From the NCBI GenBank assembly GCA_043228905.1, contig JBHGNT010000013.1, positions 1,550,001-1,614,000 on the forward strand: a stretch of 64,000 nt of DNA, in the 5' to 3' direction. Source of the stretch: Azolla caroliniana. Lineage: Eukaryota > Plantae > Polypodiophyta. The notes below the pieces were generated by a model. The model made no database searches. It worked only from the letters and a program-made list of their open reading frames with translations, and was not told the origin of the DNA. The translations under genes were made by a program, and so were the position numbers. Positions 38,901-51,592 of this stretch are shown here, piece after piece (the stretch's first letter is position 1; the number at the start of each line of letters is the position of its first letter).

Positions 38901-39218
38901 CCATGTATATAAACAAGGATCTGCGACTAGTAGTTGCAACACTTTGTATTAATAGCCCAAATTTACTTCAAACAATTCTTTGATATATCAATATCACGGC
39001 ATGATTAACCAACTTGAGGGAAATTTCCAAAGAATTGAAAAATTGTATCTATGTGCTAGCCATGTATATAAACAAGGATCTGCGACTAGTAGTTGCAACA
39101 CTTTGTATTAATAGCCCAAATTTACTTCAAACAATTCTTTGATATATCAATATCACGGCATGATTAACCAACTTGAGGGAAATTTCCAAAGAATTGAAAA
39201 ATTGTATCTATGTGCTAG
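38901..39218. repeat. 159-bp tandem duplication downstream of the SOUL stop codon
   Basis: Units 38901-39059 and 39060-39218 appear identical apart from the last base. Confidence 0.93.
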
Positions 39219-41893
39219 TTTAATTCTTTTCTTTACTTTTTCAATTGTGTTGATTATATATATAGTCTTGCCTAATGCATGGTAGTTGCAGCCTAATATG
39301 TTTGTTTCCCAGGCAACCAATATATAAACCCACTTTCATTTGTGAAGTTGGATTAGAAGCTTGAGGCATAGATTTGTTCTTTGAATGACCTCACTAACTT
39401 GAAGGGTCTAGCCCAAACTTTAAATGAGAAGTTTTAGGTTGCCAATTTTTATGGTACAGCATGTGTATGAGTCTAAAAATAAGTACTGTACGATAAGATG
39501 AATGCAGTTTGAAATTTCCACAATGGGCTAGGATTTAGGAAGTAGATGTTAGCAATATGTCCAAAGTAGAAGTTAATTAGGAAGTAGATGTTAACAGGCA
39601 AAAATCCTAGAATGCTTTGTATCTTCAGCTATAAATGGCAGATGTTAATACCAAGTTCCAACACTCATCATATTTACAGGATAGGAGAGAAAGAGGGTGA
39701 CAGCCAACTTTGAAGTTAATATAAGGGAAAAGAATCTGAAACAGCAGCAAAAAGTGTTACGAAAGTGAAGATTCTGAAAAGCATAGATTTGAGTGAATTT
39801 TTAAGATATTTTTACTTCTCCTTTCACGAGAGATAGTTGGAAGTCTAAATGTATAGATTATTTAAAGTGATGAGGTTTAAGGTTCTAGAGGAAAAAGTGT
39901 TGATACAACCCGTACAACTGCACCATACTTTGTAGTCATGCGGTGTACAAAACAACCCTACTTCAAGAACATCACCTTGTAACAAAAAAACTCTAGTGGC
40001 CAACTTTTCCAAGCCAAACTTTTGATCAGAACTACATCATATATAAAGAAATTGGCTTTCGAGCTATCTATGTTGAAGTCTTATTTGGAGAGCATTAATG
40101 TTTTTCTGGGACATAGCATCAATCTTTGACATTTTTGTATCAATATATAAAGAATTTCTCTTTGAAGATCTAGGTATTGACGTCTAATGCTCGATTTATC
40201 CATCAGCATACGAACTCTGTTTACAAAGGTTGATGAACAGTAGGTTGTCCAAAAGTGTCACCAATAACAAGGTAGAGCATACAGACCCTTACACACAAAA
40301 GTTCAAGACAATGACGATTGATTAGGCCCATCAGATGTACTGCTTATAAAGGAGGATTGACGACAAGTTATCTAGAAGTGTTCTCTGGCCTAACCACAAT
40401 ATAAAGTAAATAAAAATCTTGCAGTAGTAGAGTTGGAAGTTTTTCATCCTCAAAATGAAGGCACACATACGAGCATTGAGGGGGGGAGGTTTGAAGAAAG
40501 TGCATGTTTCAGTGAATTTGTCATTTTCCCATGATAGTTTCTGTTATTTTCATGGTGAGGTTAATAAATGAGCACACACCTAGGAGGTGTGCATTTTATC
40601 ATGGTGGTTTCTTTAAAACATTAAATGCTCTTAAAACAAATCCACATTCAAAACATCTATTTCTCCTTTGCTTCAAAGTGATTTTTAGTTTATTCAATGT
40701 GTTCTTTTTAAGGCTGTTATCATTCAATGCTTTCTTTTGCTTATTTAGATTTGTTCTCAAACAAAAATGGGAAGAAAGGGCTTCCCTAAGGTTTTATTCA
40801 AAAGATAAATGCTTGCAGTTGAATCTAGGGACTAAAAAAAATTTGCCCAAGTAAAAAACAAAAAAAAGCAGACTCCAAAACTTTTCACCCAAAGATTTTA
40901 CTATAGGTTCTGTAAATTTATAGAAGAGAGGCTGTAAGGGATGGTGGAATTTGTGTAGTATTGGATTAAAAACATACCGCTATGTATGCAGAAATACAGA
41001 ATCTCTTGATTTTAAACCCTTTTATCTAACCAGATTATGATTTTTCTTGAGGTTCATGTTAAGAATGGCTGTTGCCAGGGTGATTTACATTACATCATAC
41101 CACAAATTTGAGAGAAACCAAGTTCTCAATCCTTGCAATGGAATCAAGGATCTGTCCCTCCCATATATCACAATCGGTCTCCAGTAGAAAGATACCTCTA
41201 TCTCCAAAGTGCACTGAAATTGTGAAGAAAATTTGATGATTGAACTCTGCTTTGTGAAGTGTGAAAACCACACACAAACCCAAATTCCAAATACAAACAA
41301 AAGCATCAGTCATCCCACGTTATGGATTTAAGTAAAAGAAAATTCGTCTGCTGGAAATGCAAATGAAAAAGTAAAACATAAACAAGTAAATTGTACACAA
41401 AGAAGAAAAGGCTTATGTTTCTTCTTGATTTCCTTCTTCATGAAATGGAGCAGAATCAAAACTTGATGAGCTCTCCTCTCTCTTTCTTACTCTTGTCTAT
41501 CCTGCTTTTGTGTTTTCCAACAAAAAGGTGCACACGTAATGAACTGTAAAATAAAACTCTAGCATAATGCAGAGATTATACTTCCTAATGGATGGACAAA
41601 CACAACACACAGGGAGGAAAAAGGCAAATCCCATAGAAAAACTACCAATGTGAAATATAATAGAAATTTTTCTGTGCTCATTTAGATCAATGAATTGTTT
41701 TCCCAACAATTTTTACTCTTCTCCCAAATACAAGATTAATGAATCTGCCAATAAGTTCCCATACATTTTCTGTATATTCAATCAATGCTTGGCCAGACAT
41801 AGTCTGCCTCAGTCCCCGACACAAGAAGCTTATCATGTCGTTGGGAGACAACACAAGCATTGCTCGAATCGGTGGCATTTTCTGTATATTCAA

Positions 41894-43833
41894 TCAATGC
41901 TTGGCTACATATAGTCTGCCTCGGTCCTCAACCAAAGAATCTCGATTACTGAGCTTTTCATGCCGTTGAGAGACAAAGCTATCATTGCTTGAATTGATGA
42001 CAGGTTCACCTCTTTGCCGCCTCATCTCAAGGACTCGTCGATGCGAGTTCGAGTGCTCAGTTTCGTTAAAAGTAGGGCTAGATGCGGGTCTATATTCGGC
42101 ACAAAGGCGACCCGACTTATACCTTACACCACATGCATTACACAAGGTTTTCGGACCCAATGGACCTGCCCTCCATTGAGGAGTCTTCTGTGAGGCACAG
42201 TGAAGACATTTCCTAACTGAAGCACCATCCAACACCTTCAGCCTCTTGCTCTTGTTGGTGGTAGCAGTGTTGTTCATGGCTGATTTCTTTATTACTTTAC
42301 CACTACCATTCTTCTCAGCCCTTTTGGATTGTGAGTGGGATGGAAGGCGGTTCCTATTGATATGGTCATCATCTTCATTGATAGCATCCTCATTGATATG
42401 GTCACTATCAATGATTTCTTCTTCTTCTTCTTCTTCTTCTTCTTCATCATCATCACTATCCTCATCATAATAAGTGGTGGCAAAGGCAAACATGTCATTA
42501 TCCGTAGTGATTGTAGATGTGGTGGATGAGGTTTCCAGTATACTTTCAGAGGCTTCAGCTGAGAGTATCCTCGAATTCCAAAAGCAAACCGCAGCCCGAC
42601 ACCTTTTCGTCCGAGCTCGAGCCGGGATGGACGTCTCGGGGCTAAAACTTGTCGCCCTTTCCCTTGGATTCAAACTACCTTCTAGCACCGAGACAGGGCT
42701 AGTACTATGGAAAGTACCTCTACTTGTTTTTTCTTCTTCCTCCTCCTCTTGCTCCTCTTCTTCTTGTTCTTCTTCTTCACCCAATTCAACTTTAGAGGTT
42801 GTAACCCCTCTAATTGGGCCCTCTAATGCAGGCACAGTAGTAGAGGCAGGGGGGTGAGTGGTATCAACTGAAGAGAAAGATTCTTCCACAAAGTTGGAGA
42901 GCCACTCTAGCTCCGCCAATTCATCACACTGCAGAGGAACAAAGCACACATAAAGAGAAGGCATAACACTTAAAATAGAACTCAATTGTCTAGTCACTAA
43001 TATTATCTACATATCTCCTCTAAAAGTGAGTGATATATCACAAATTTGGGGAATATGGCCACTACATTCCCTCTTGAGTAATAATGCTGCTGCAACTGCA
43101 ATTACCATCACCAATTTGAGAAACAGGGCCACTATTTTCACTATCACTACTGCTGCTGCTGCTGCTACTACTGCTCCTAAACTTCTGTTTGGGAAGTAAT
43201 GAGAGATGTGGCAAATGCACATGAATGTATGTATGAATGTACATATGTACTTATGTGTTTGTGTATGTGTATGTGTATGTGTATGCATGTATGTATGAAT
43301 GTATGTATGTATGTATGGAGGAAGGGAAGGCATGAATGGTTTGATTCGCTTACCGGCACACAGATTTCATCCGAGTCAAAGACACTGAGAACTTGCTGCT
43401 GCTTCTCAGACGCAACAGGAGGTTCAAGAACAGCTTGGAGTGGAGCAGGAGCAGGAGTTGCAGTACTGGTCGGAGAAGTAGTAGTAGTGGTAGTAGTAGT
43501 GGAAGAAGAAGAAGAAGAAGAAGAAGAAGAAGGGGGTGTGGAGAAGGAGATGGGAGGCTCAGTGGTGGGTCCACCAATTTCGTCATTGCAGAAGTCAAGG
43601 AGGTCGTCAATGGCGAGGAAGTCAGGGTGGTCAAGCTCAGGGAGGGGGAAAGGCTTAGGAGCGGTGGCTATGGAGGAAGAGGAGGGAGAGGCAGGGCTGG
43701 TTATAGACAAGGGAAATGAAGAAGAAGAAGAAAGGTGGGCGGCAGCAGTGGTGGTGATTCTATGGAGGGGGAGAGGGAGAGAGATTAGGGTTGTTGCAGA
43801 ACGAGGAGGGTGAGGATGATGGGCAATGTCCAT
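41894..43833 (-). CDS. Class A (subfamily I) GATA transcription factor, ~504 aa. Exons 43833-43354 and 42928-41894
   Basis: IDDLLDF, ICVP|[32 protein letters not shown] and the C-X2-C-X18-C-X2-C finger [34 protein letters not shown]. Phase-0 GT-AG intron. Confidence 0.92.
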
Positions 43834-44067
43834 AGCCAGAGAGGCACAGAGCAAGGGGAGGGGGGAGAAAAGAGGAGGGATTATCAAAACACAGACAGGG
43901 AGAAAGGAAGGTTTTGGAAGAGGAATGGTGAGCCAGGAAGAAGAAGGAAGAAGAAGAAGAAGAAGGAAGGTACTAAAGATGGATAAAACTGCAAGCGAGA
44001 AATTTTACATTGGAGATATGGCTTTTTTTTCTGTGTCTTCTGTGTCTTTGTCTGTGTCTATGTGTGC

Positions 44068-44099
<32 letters not shown>

Positions 44100-44132
44100 G
44101 ATCAATGGTGGTGATGATGAAGACAAACACTC

Positions 44133-44184
<52 letters not shown>

Positions 44185-44749
44185 TTCTCTTCTTTTTTAT
44201 ATATACTTCACCTACTCTGACAAAATTTGCTCTCTTCTCCTCCGCAAAGGAAAAGAAGAGAGAGACAGAGACAGAGACAGAGACAGAGACAGAGAGACAG
44301 AAACAGAGAGAGAGCAGAGCAGAGAGTTGCGGTACAGGAAAGCAATAATCTCTCTCTCTCTCTTCCTGAATTCCCTCAGTCTTCCTTAACCCTAATTTCT
44401 CTCTCTCTCTCTCTGTTTTTCTGTCCTTCCTCACACTAACCTATCCCTTGACCCTCTTCCTAAACCCTAAACTTTCTCTTCTTTCCTCCTCTCTGTTTCT
44501 CTCTAAAAACCCTAAACTTTATCTTCTTTCCTCCTCTCTGTTTCTCTCCTTCTCCTTCACCTTTCCCTTTGCCTTAAACCTCAACCTTTCTTCTTCTTCT
44601 TCCTTACCTAACCCTATCTCTCACTAAACCCTAGACCCTTCTTCCCTCTCTTCTGTCTGTCCACTTCCAGTCTCTGGCTATCTTCTCCTTCTCACTTTGC
44701 CTCTTCAGTTTTTGTAGCTCAACTTTCCCCCCTGCTCTCTTTCAATGAT

Positions 44750-45047
44750 CCTAAACCCTAACCCTAACCCTAACCCTAACCTCGTTCGCTTGCCCTCTCC
44801 TCCTCCTCCTCCTCCTCCTCCTTCCGTAACACCTAACCCTGAAACCAAAACCCTAAAGCCTCTTGCCTTTCGTTTCCTTCTTCTTCACCTCTAACCCTAA
44901 CCCTAACCCTAACCCTGACCTTCTCCTTCCATTTCCTTCTTCCTCAGCTCCTGGACTCCAAAACCCTAGCTTTATCCTTAAAACCGTGTCCACTCGCCCT
45001 CTTCTCCTTCTCCTCCTTCCGCAACCCTAACCCTAACCCTAACCCTA
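44750..45047. repeat. Short (CCCTAA)n arrays and telo-box motifs upstream of the GATA gene
   Basis: Runs at ~44752-44781, ~44891-44916 and ~45023-45047, plus AAACCCTA motifs. Confidence 0.85.
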
Positions 45048-45274
45048 ATTGTAGCTTCAATCAAATCATATCTCTTAATCTCTCCCTCTATATTTATTGA
45101 TATACATACACACATGGATCTCTCTGTCTACCTCTCTATCTCTATATATGTTTGTGTGTCAATCCAGAATCTTCTCTCTCTCTCTCTCTCTCTCTCAGAG
45201 AGATCAAATGGAATGGAATGCCGCCTGCCTAACACAGGCAGGCATCTCTTGTTTCACGGACCTAACCCTAAATC

Positions 45275-45582
45275 TAGGGGCACCTCCAAATGTGCATTGG
45301 ATCTGATCTGTCTATGAATTGCATCAAACATGCATTAATATACATATATAAACCAAATTTTTGTGTAGGGGCCCCTCCAAATGTAGAAAGTAAAAAACAC
45401 AAAGAGGGAATTTTGTGCACATAGGTGTGTTGTATGTATTTTTTAGAGGTACCTCTACATGTATGTGTATGTATGGATCTTTGTATGCATCATGTATATG
45501 TATGTATCTATGTATCTATAGATAGAGGTACCTCTACATGTGTATGTACATATATGTGTGTGTGTTTAGAGGCACCTCTACA

Positions 45583-45622
<40 letters not shown>

Positions 45623-45700
45623 CATGTATATAGGTGTGTTTTCTTAGAGGCATCTCTACAATGTGTGTGTGTGTGTACTTAGTTAGAGGTACCTCTACAT
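45275..45700. repeat. Seven copies of a 14-bp palindromic motif (consensus TAGAGGTACCTCTA) with TG/TATG-rich spacers
   Basis: Copies start at 45275, 45366, 45444, 45523, 45567, 45645 and 45684. Confidence 0.85.
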
Positions 45701-48700
45701 GTGGAGGCATTGCTTGCATAGTTAAAATTACTTAGGCTAGGCATTGGCAACACATAAGTTCATAACATAAAAAGAAGAAGACAATACACCTCTTCTATGT
45801 ACATATATATATATACATACATACCATACCATACCATACATACCCAAAGCAAAACTTGACTTCCTCCTTCATGTTGTTGCTCTATATGTACCTATATATC
45901 TAACCTACCCACTTTTAGTTACTTTTTCACGAATGGGGACCATTTGGCTCCTACTAAAAAGACCCATGTGAGAAGGGCCAGCCCGTTTGCACCTTTTCCT
46001 ATGGCCTTTCTTAAATAAATGCCCCCGACGATGCATCGAGTTATAGTATGTCATTTTTGCAATGAAACCCTACAAAAACCTATACAAAGAAATGGCCTTT
46101 TCACAACGAGACCCTCCGGAAACCTAGACAAAGAAATGATTTCCTTTAGGCATACACACAATGACCCTGGTGGTCATAGGTTGCATTGGGTGTTATCTAT
46201 CTATCACCTTGGTGCTTCACTACCTTTGCTCTTGGATGTGTTCTTGACTAAACCCTATTGCCATGATTCAAGTTTAATGTTCTTGTTACCTGCCAAAGAA
46301 AAGGCTTGGGGTTTCTCCTTCTTCAATCACATGAATCATTCGCCTAAACAGCACAAGGTAGTTGGTCTTGCATTTTTTGGTAATTGAGACCCCACAGAAG
46401 ATCATGTCCAAGCTATCTAGTGACAAATCATGTATCCAAACTCACATGCACGCTAGTAACAAATCATGTACACTCCCTCCCTTGTTTTGCTTTTTATGTC
46501 TTTTTGCACGCTTCTTTATATTGTTTATTTCCTCATTCCATACATAAAAACAAAGATGTTTTCCACCCAAAAGGTTTCTTATGCTAAGGACGGGTTTCAC
46601 AAAGATGACATCTTTGAAGGGGTGATATGGGAAAATAACTATAGTTCATAAATAGGAAAATGGGTAGGTCATGGATTGGTTGATTGCAACTTCTTTAAGG
46701 TGGGATGGGTTCACTTTTAGAAAAATATGATCCACCGAAGTAAACATCTACAACATAGGCTTTTGCACCAGTTGGTTTGGCAAACATTAAGATGCCGCCA
46801 TACTAGCACAATCAAGCATCCTACCCATGTCTTGTCTTAATCTCATCCCCTCCTAAATATGTCATTTTGGATGTAAAAATTGTTGCTTTTATTGGCAATT
46901 CCTTCCTTCAAGGTGAAGCTTGTGGTGGATAGACAATTATGAGCATCAAGGCAATCCTAATAACTTGATGCGGGTTTTTTGTTCCATTAAATATCAATAT
47001 TCCAACACATTGTGCAGTGCATGTAATATATTGTCCTATGCACTGTATGTATTGTGAGGAGGTATCAAGTATATGACAACTAGCAACACTTACTTCATAT
47101 AATAAACTTTTAGATATTCGGTTGAATGATTGCTATTCTTCAACTGGTATAGTAAATGGACATATCTAGGATCTGATGAGTGAAGTTAGGTTTTCGAGAA
47201 GTGTATGAGAAACAAACAAGATGATGGATGACTCTTAGCTCCTAGAATGATGACTCATCAACCCACACAAAGCTATAGTTTGCAAAAGTATTGTGTTCAA
47301 ATCTTCACAATGTTGGTCTATTAGAACAAAACGTATGTGTAAAACATATAATTACGGCTATAGAATTAGTGTATCGAATCCAAACGCTTCAACCCACAAC
47401 CTTTGATCACTTATTTTATTATTTAATAACATCATGCAAACTGCATTGTATATATACACAAATCTATGAATGTTTGAATGGATATCGAGATCGATATTTT
47501 CATAAACACATTTCGAGACAATTGAGTGACCAAGGTAAGTACGACGTGCACGACTTTATTGTTATGTTGCATGAGCAGTAATTTTTCAAATCGTTTCAAG
47601 CCGTGGAGAGGTTATGGGAGCACTTACATGCGTTGCAAAACTATTTTATAGATGCATGATGAAGGGAATGCATTGAATGGCTCATAGGCGCTTTGAGCTT
47701 ATAACCACTCAAAGAGAGCAAAAACCGAAAAATAATAGATGGTACAACCCCGATGGACAGTAAATGTAGGCTGCATATTGTCTCCACTTCTTTGCATTTC
47801 CCATACTATTATAAACTTTTCGCCCATCTTTCCAAGTGAATGAACGATCCTTGTCTGGTAAAGCCTCTACATGCACCCCCACTTTATTCCCATCACCCAT
47901 GCCCTATAACAACCAAAACTATTGCATGTAATTTAATAACCATTTACATTCAATATCGTTTCAAAAGAAGCTTGGCATTACCGTAGATTTAATATAGCCC
48001 TAAAATAAATGAGGGGAACTCCATGTTGTAGGTCGAATAGTTGTTTGCTTACATATCATAGTTCCTTTGCCAAGGTTGGAAGCACCAGTTCCATAAGTAT
48101 GACTATCTCAACCGAAGGAAGCATAATCTTTTCATTTATATAAGAAAAATATGTTCTTGTTTCCTTTTAGCATTTGTGACAAGATTAAAGATGTGCAAAG
48201 CATGTTCGATATTCAACAATTGTATGTAAAATAAACATTAAATTAATAAAATAAAAATGGAAGTATAGAGAGATGGGAAAGACCTCCACTCCATGTGCAT
48301 GAGATATCACCATGTAATATCACGCACCATCTTACTTTTAGGATGCTCGAAATCATTTAATCAATAGACCAACTTTGTTAATTTACACTCACAACATGCA
48401 CATGATTCTTTGTGTAATCTACGACTTAAGTGGATGAAAGATATTGGCATCAAAGGGTGTACAAAGCTTGTCTCAAAACTCTTTGTAAGGTATAGGGAAA
48501 GGTAGAGAAAAATACATGCACAATTGTGTTTCCATAATGCTCATTGAACAAACTAGTATCAAACGAGTTGCAACGAACATGGCGGCCCAATGTGTTAGAA
48601 AGTTGGTACCCTGACACGCGTATCCAGGACACACATATGCATGTGCACTAGCCAACCTTCTAGATCTTGCAAGGTATGTGCACACATTTATGAATGATGA

Positions 48701-49330
48701 TATGTAGCAATTCTTACACACTTCATCATAAACATTCTCTAAAGAAGAAACGTGATCTCCACAATATCCAACACCTTTTGCAATGTGCCATCAACTCACC
48801 ACTTCCTCCTACCATTCATTGCTTTATGATTTCTTATGTTTGAAGCTTGCTTGATATCCCATCTTCTCTTTTATAATGGACATCCTTTTTAGCATACATG
48901 TGGACACACCAACCAAGCAATGCATTACATAATTACACAACCTCATTATTCGATGTCTGACAAGTAGCGAGTGCATCCCAAACCTTTTTCACCATGAGTT
49001 ATAGAAAAAGCATGATCAAAAGCTATGATAAGGATGATCCGAATAAAGCCAAAAAGGTGGAAGGAAAAAGATGCAAAGGAATTAAAATACAGGAATAAAA
49101 GAGTAAAAGGCGTCTCTTTAAAAGTGTTTGTTACATGTCACCTTGGCTCCTATTCCACGTTGCCTGCCACCACCCTTCCTCTCCTTCTCTCGTGCACATG
49201 CTACACGTATGCAAATGACATAGAGATAGAGACAGAGAGAGGATGAGGAAAATGCAATCAATTGTAATAGAAAATACATTGGTGCATTGATGGTATGGTT
49301 TTCAAGGTGTATGTGAACCAACAATACATT

Positions 49331-49390
<60 letters not shown>

Positions 49391-51115
49391 AAGAGTGTGT
49401 TTTATATAGTTCAAATGCTTTACATTAAAAACGGAGTAGATGATTTTCAAGCTTGGGGTTATAACGGTCTCAAACTAATGGTTGACTTCCCTTTGAATGT
49501 GAGTCATGCAATGAAGAGATGGGAGGATGGATCACATCTCCATTGTACAAAACATATATATCTTCACAATAAAATTAATCAATCAAAGGCTTTGGCCACA
49601 TGTACAAAAGAAGAAGAAGCATCATATAGGTTTGATACATTATTAGCGTGCATGCATGCATTGCATCAGCCATCCAACTTGAACATTAATTACATGCATG
49701 GTCATGCTTGTCTGCATGCACTCATGTCTCTATATATGTATGTATGTGTGAAGCATAGTATGAACCATACGTACCATATGTGCATTCACATTCGTGAATG
49801 TTTCAATAATTCGAGCATGGTAAACACCCTCGAAGAATGGTAAATACCATACTTTTGGATTAACTATTTATTATGAGGTAAATAAACCTTAAAAAAGGGG
49901 AAAAACAAAAAAAAAACTTAAGACAAGGGGAAAAAACCCCCAAAAAAACACAAGAATGTTTGAATAACATTCACATTCGTTTTCCAACGTAGGAAAACGA
50001 ATGTTATGCTAGACAAACACGAAGTTTACGTACTATGGTGTGAAGTGTGTGTGCGTGTATGTATGCATGTAAGTATACACATTTCATGATGCTATATATG
50101 ATATGATAATGGAAATAAATATTGACCAAAACGGCCATTGATTGTGGCTCACCTTTTGTTTCATCTTTTTTTATAATTTTTTTTGGCCAAGCACTATTTA
50201 TTGCTACACCAAGAAGTTGTCATCTTCACCTTGGAAAGGGGGTGGGCCATGCATGCATCACCGTCACCACCAAACTTGGAAGCCGTTCAAGAAACTTGGA
50301 AGGCATTCAAGAGCATGCCTAGAAATGTTTGCAATTGAACATGGGTGACATGACATCAAAATTTCTAATGTTTTTCCGACAAAACAAAGGAAGATGATTG
50401 TTCAATGATCCCGCCCCCCAACACGATGATCAACGCAGACATGAGGAATATGAACATAAAAGTTCTTATATCAACGCTTAACGTGAAATCGAGGAATAAG
50501 GATATGTCAAAGACTCTTATCACACATCATTTTTTTCATGAGGAAATCATATTGGATTTTGCTTTGAGATATTTGTGGTAGGTGGAAGAAAATGTTCAAC
50601 GCCCTGCAAAAGAGCCACATTGCCTTCTCCCACATATACTTCCTATTAGATATGCACACACGTTTATGAAAATCGACAATATTATCATATCAACCAGAGA
50701 TGCCAGATTATAAATTACGTCAACCCTAATTAAATGTAAGGAAAATTTACCAATAAACATCTAGTTTTTCACCAAACCCTCAAATATACTCCGCACACCT
50801 CCATCACCCAACCCATCCACAACCTATCTATAATTTCTCAAAAATTTGTAGAGAGGGAATAGGGTTACGATAATTTGAAAACATGAGGGGATTTGCAAAT
50901 ACAAGGGTTTTTCAGAAGTTAGAGGCATTTTAATAAAGACCAAGGAATTTGAACTCAATAACTTGTTAACTAACATTTGATGAGTTCATACTGTCAATAA
51001 ACCTCCCTAATGCAAAGTTGTTGGTTGACAACTAAGGGTTCCAAGAAATTAACTACTCTTTGTTGGTTAATGTGAAAAGGAAAAGGAAATTTTTTATGGA
51101 TAAGTGTATTTCAAC

Positions 51116-51229
51116 TAGGAATAGGCAACGGCTCGGCTCATGCGTAAACCGGACCATTGGCGGTTCAATTCGGTTTAGGCTTGAGATTCTTTAACCGGTT
51201 TGAGCTCGGTTTGGGATTGCCGATTCTTA
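51116..51229. mobile_element. 114-bp hAT-type MITE
   Basis: TIRs TAGGAATAGGCAAC / (rc) TAAGAATCGGCAAT, internal AACCG/CGGTT motifs, 8-bp TSD ATTTCAAC / ATTGCAAC. Confidence 0.75.
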
Positions 51230-51261
51230 ATTGCAACACACAAAATACACGCATTGCTAAA

Positions 51262-51592
51262 TGCTTGAGCCCTCCGCGATTATAAAGCAAACCTAGACAC
51301 AAATACAATTTAGTATCCTCTTTGTATCTGGCTCTTTCTCTCTATCTACACTTATCCATGAGCAAGCTTGGCCAACTAGATTTACAACTAAATTTTCCTA
51401 CAGTAATTGATGGTGGATCCAAGCTAAACCGCTTGAACCCTCCTAAATTATAAAGCAAACTTGGATACAAATACAATTTAGTATCTTCTTTGTCTCCGTC
51501 TCTTTATCTATCTAAACTTACCCATGAGCAAGCTTGGCCAACTAGATTTACAACTAAATTTTCCTATACGTTCAATTGATGGTGCATCCAAG
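51262..51592. repeat. Diverged ~170-bp tandem duplication
   Basis: GCTTGA(G/A)CCCTCC..CATGAGCAAGCTTGGCCAACTAGATTTACAACTAAATTTTCCTA occurs twice. Confidence 0.8.

Noticed and set aside
44750-45047. Chromosome end or telomere fusion scar
   Set aside because: Only about four units per run, all in one orientation and interspersed with CT-rich sequence.
45275-45700. CRISPR array
   Set aside because: Eukaryotic context, 14-bp repeats, low-complexity spacers of irregular length and no cas genes.
43007-45719. Many short ORFs (poly-ER, SL, CV, HT)
   Set aside because: Artefacts of GA, CA and TATG microsatellites or antisense shadows of the GATA exons.
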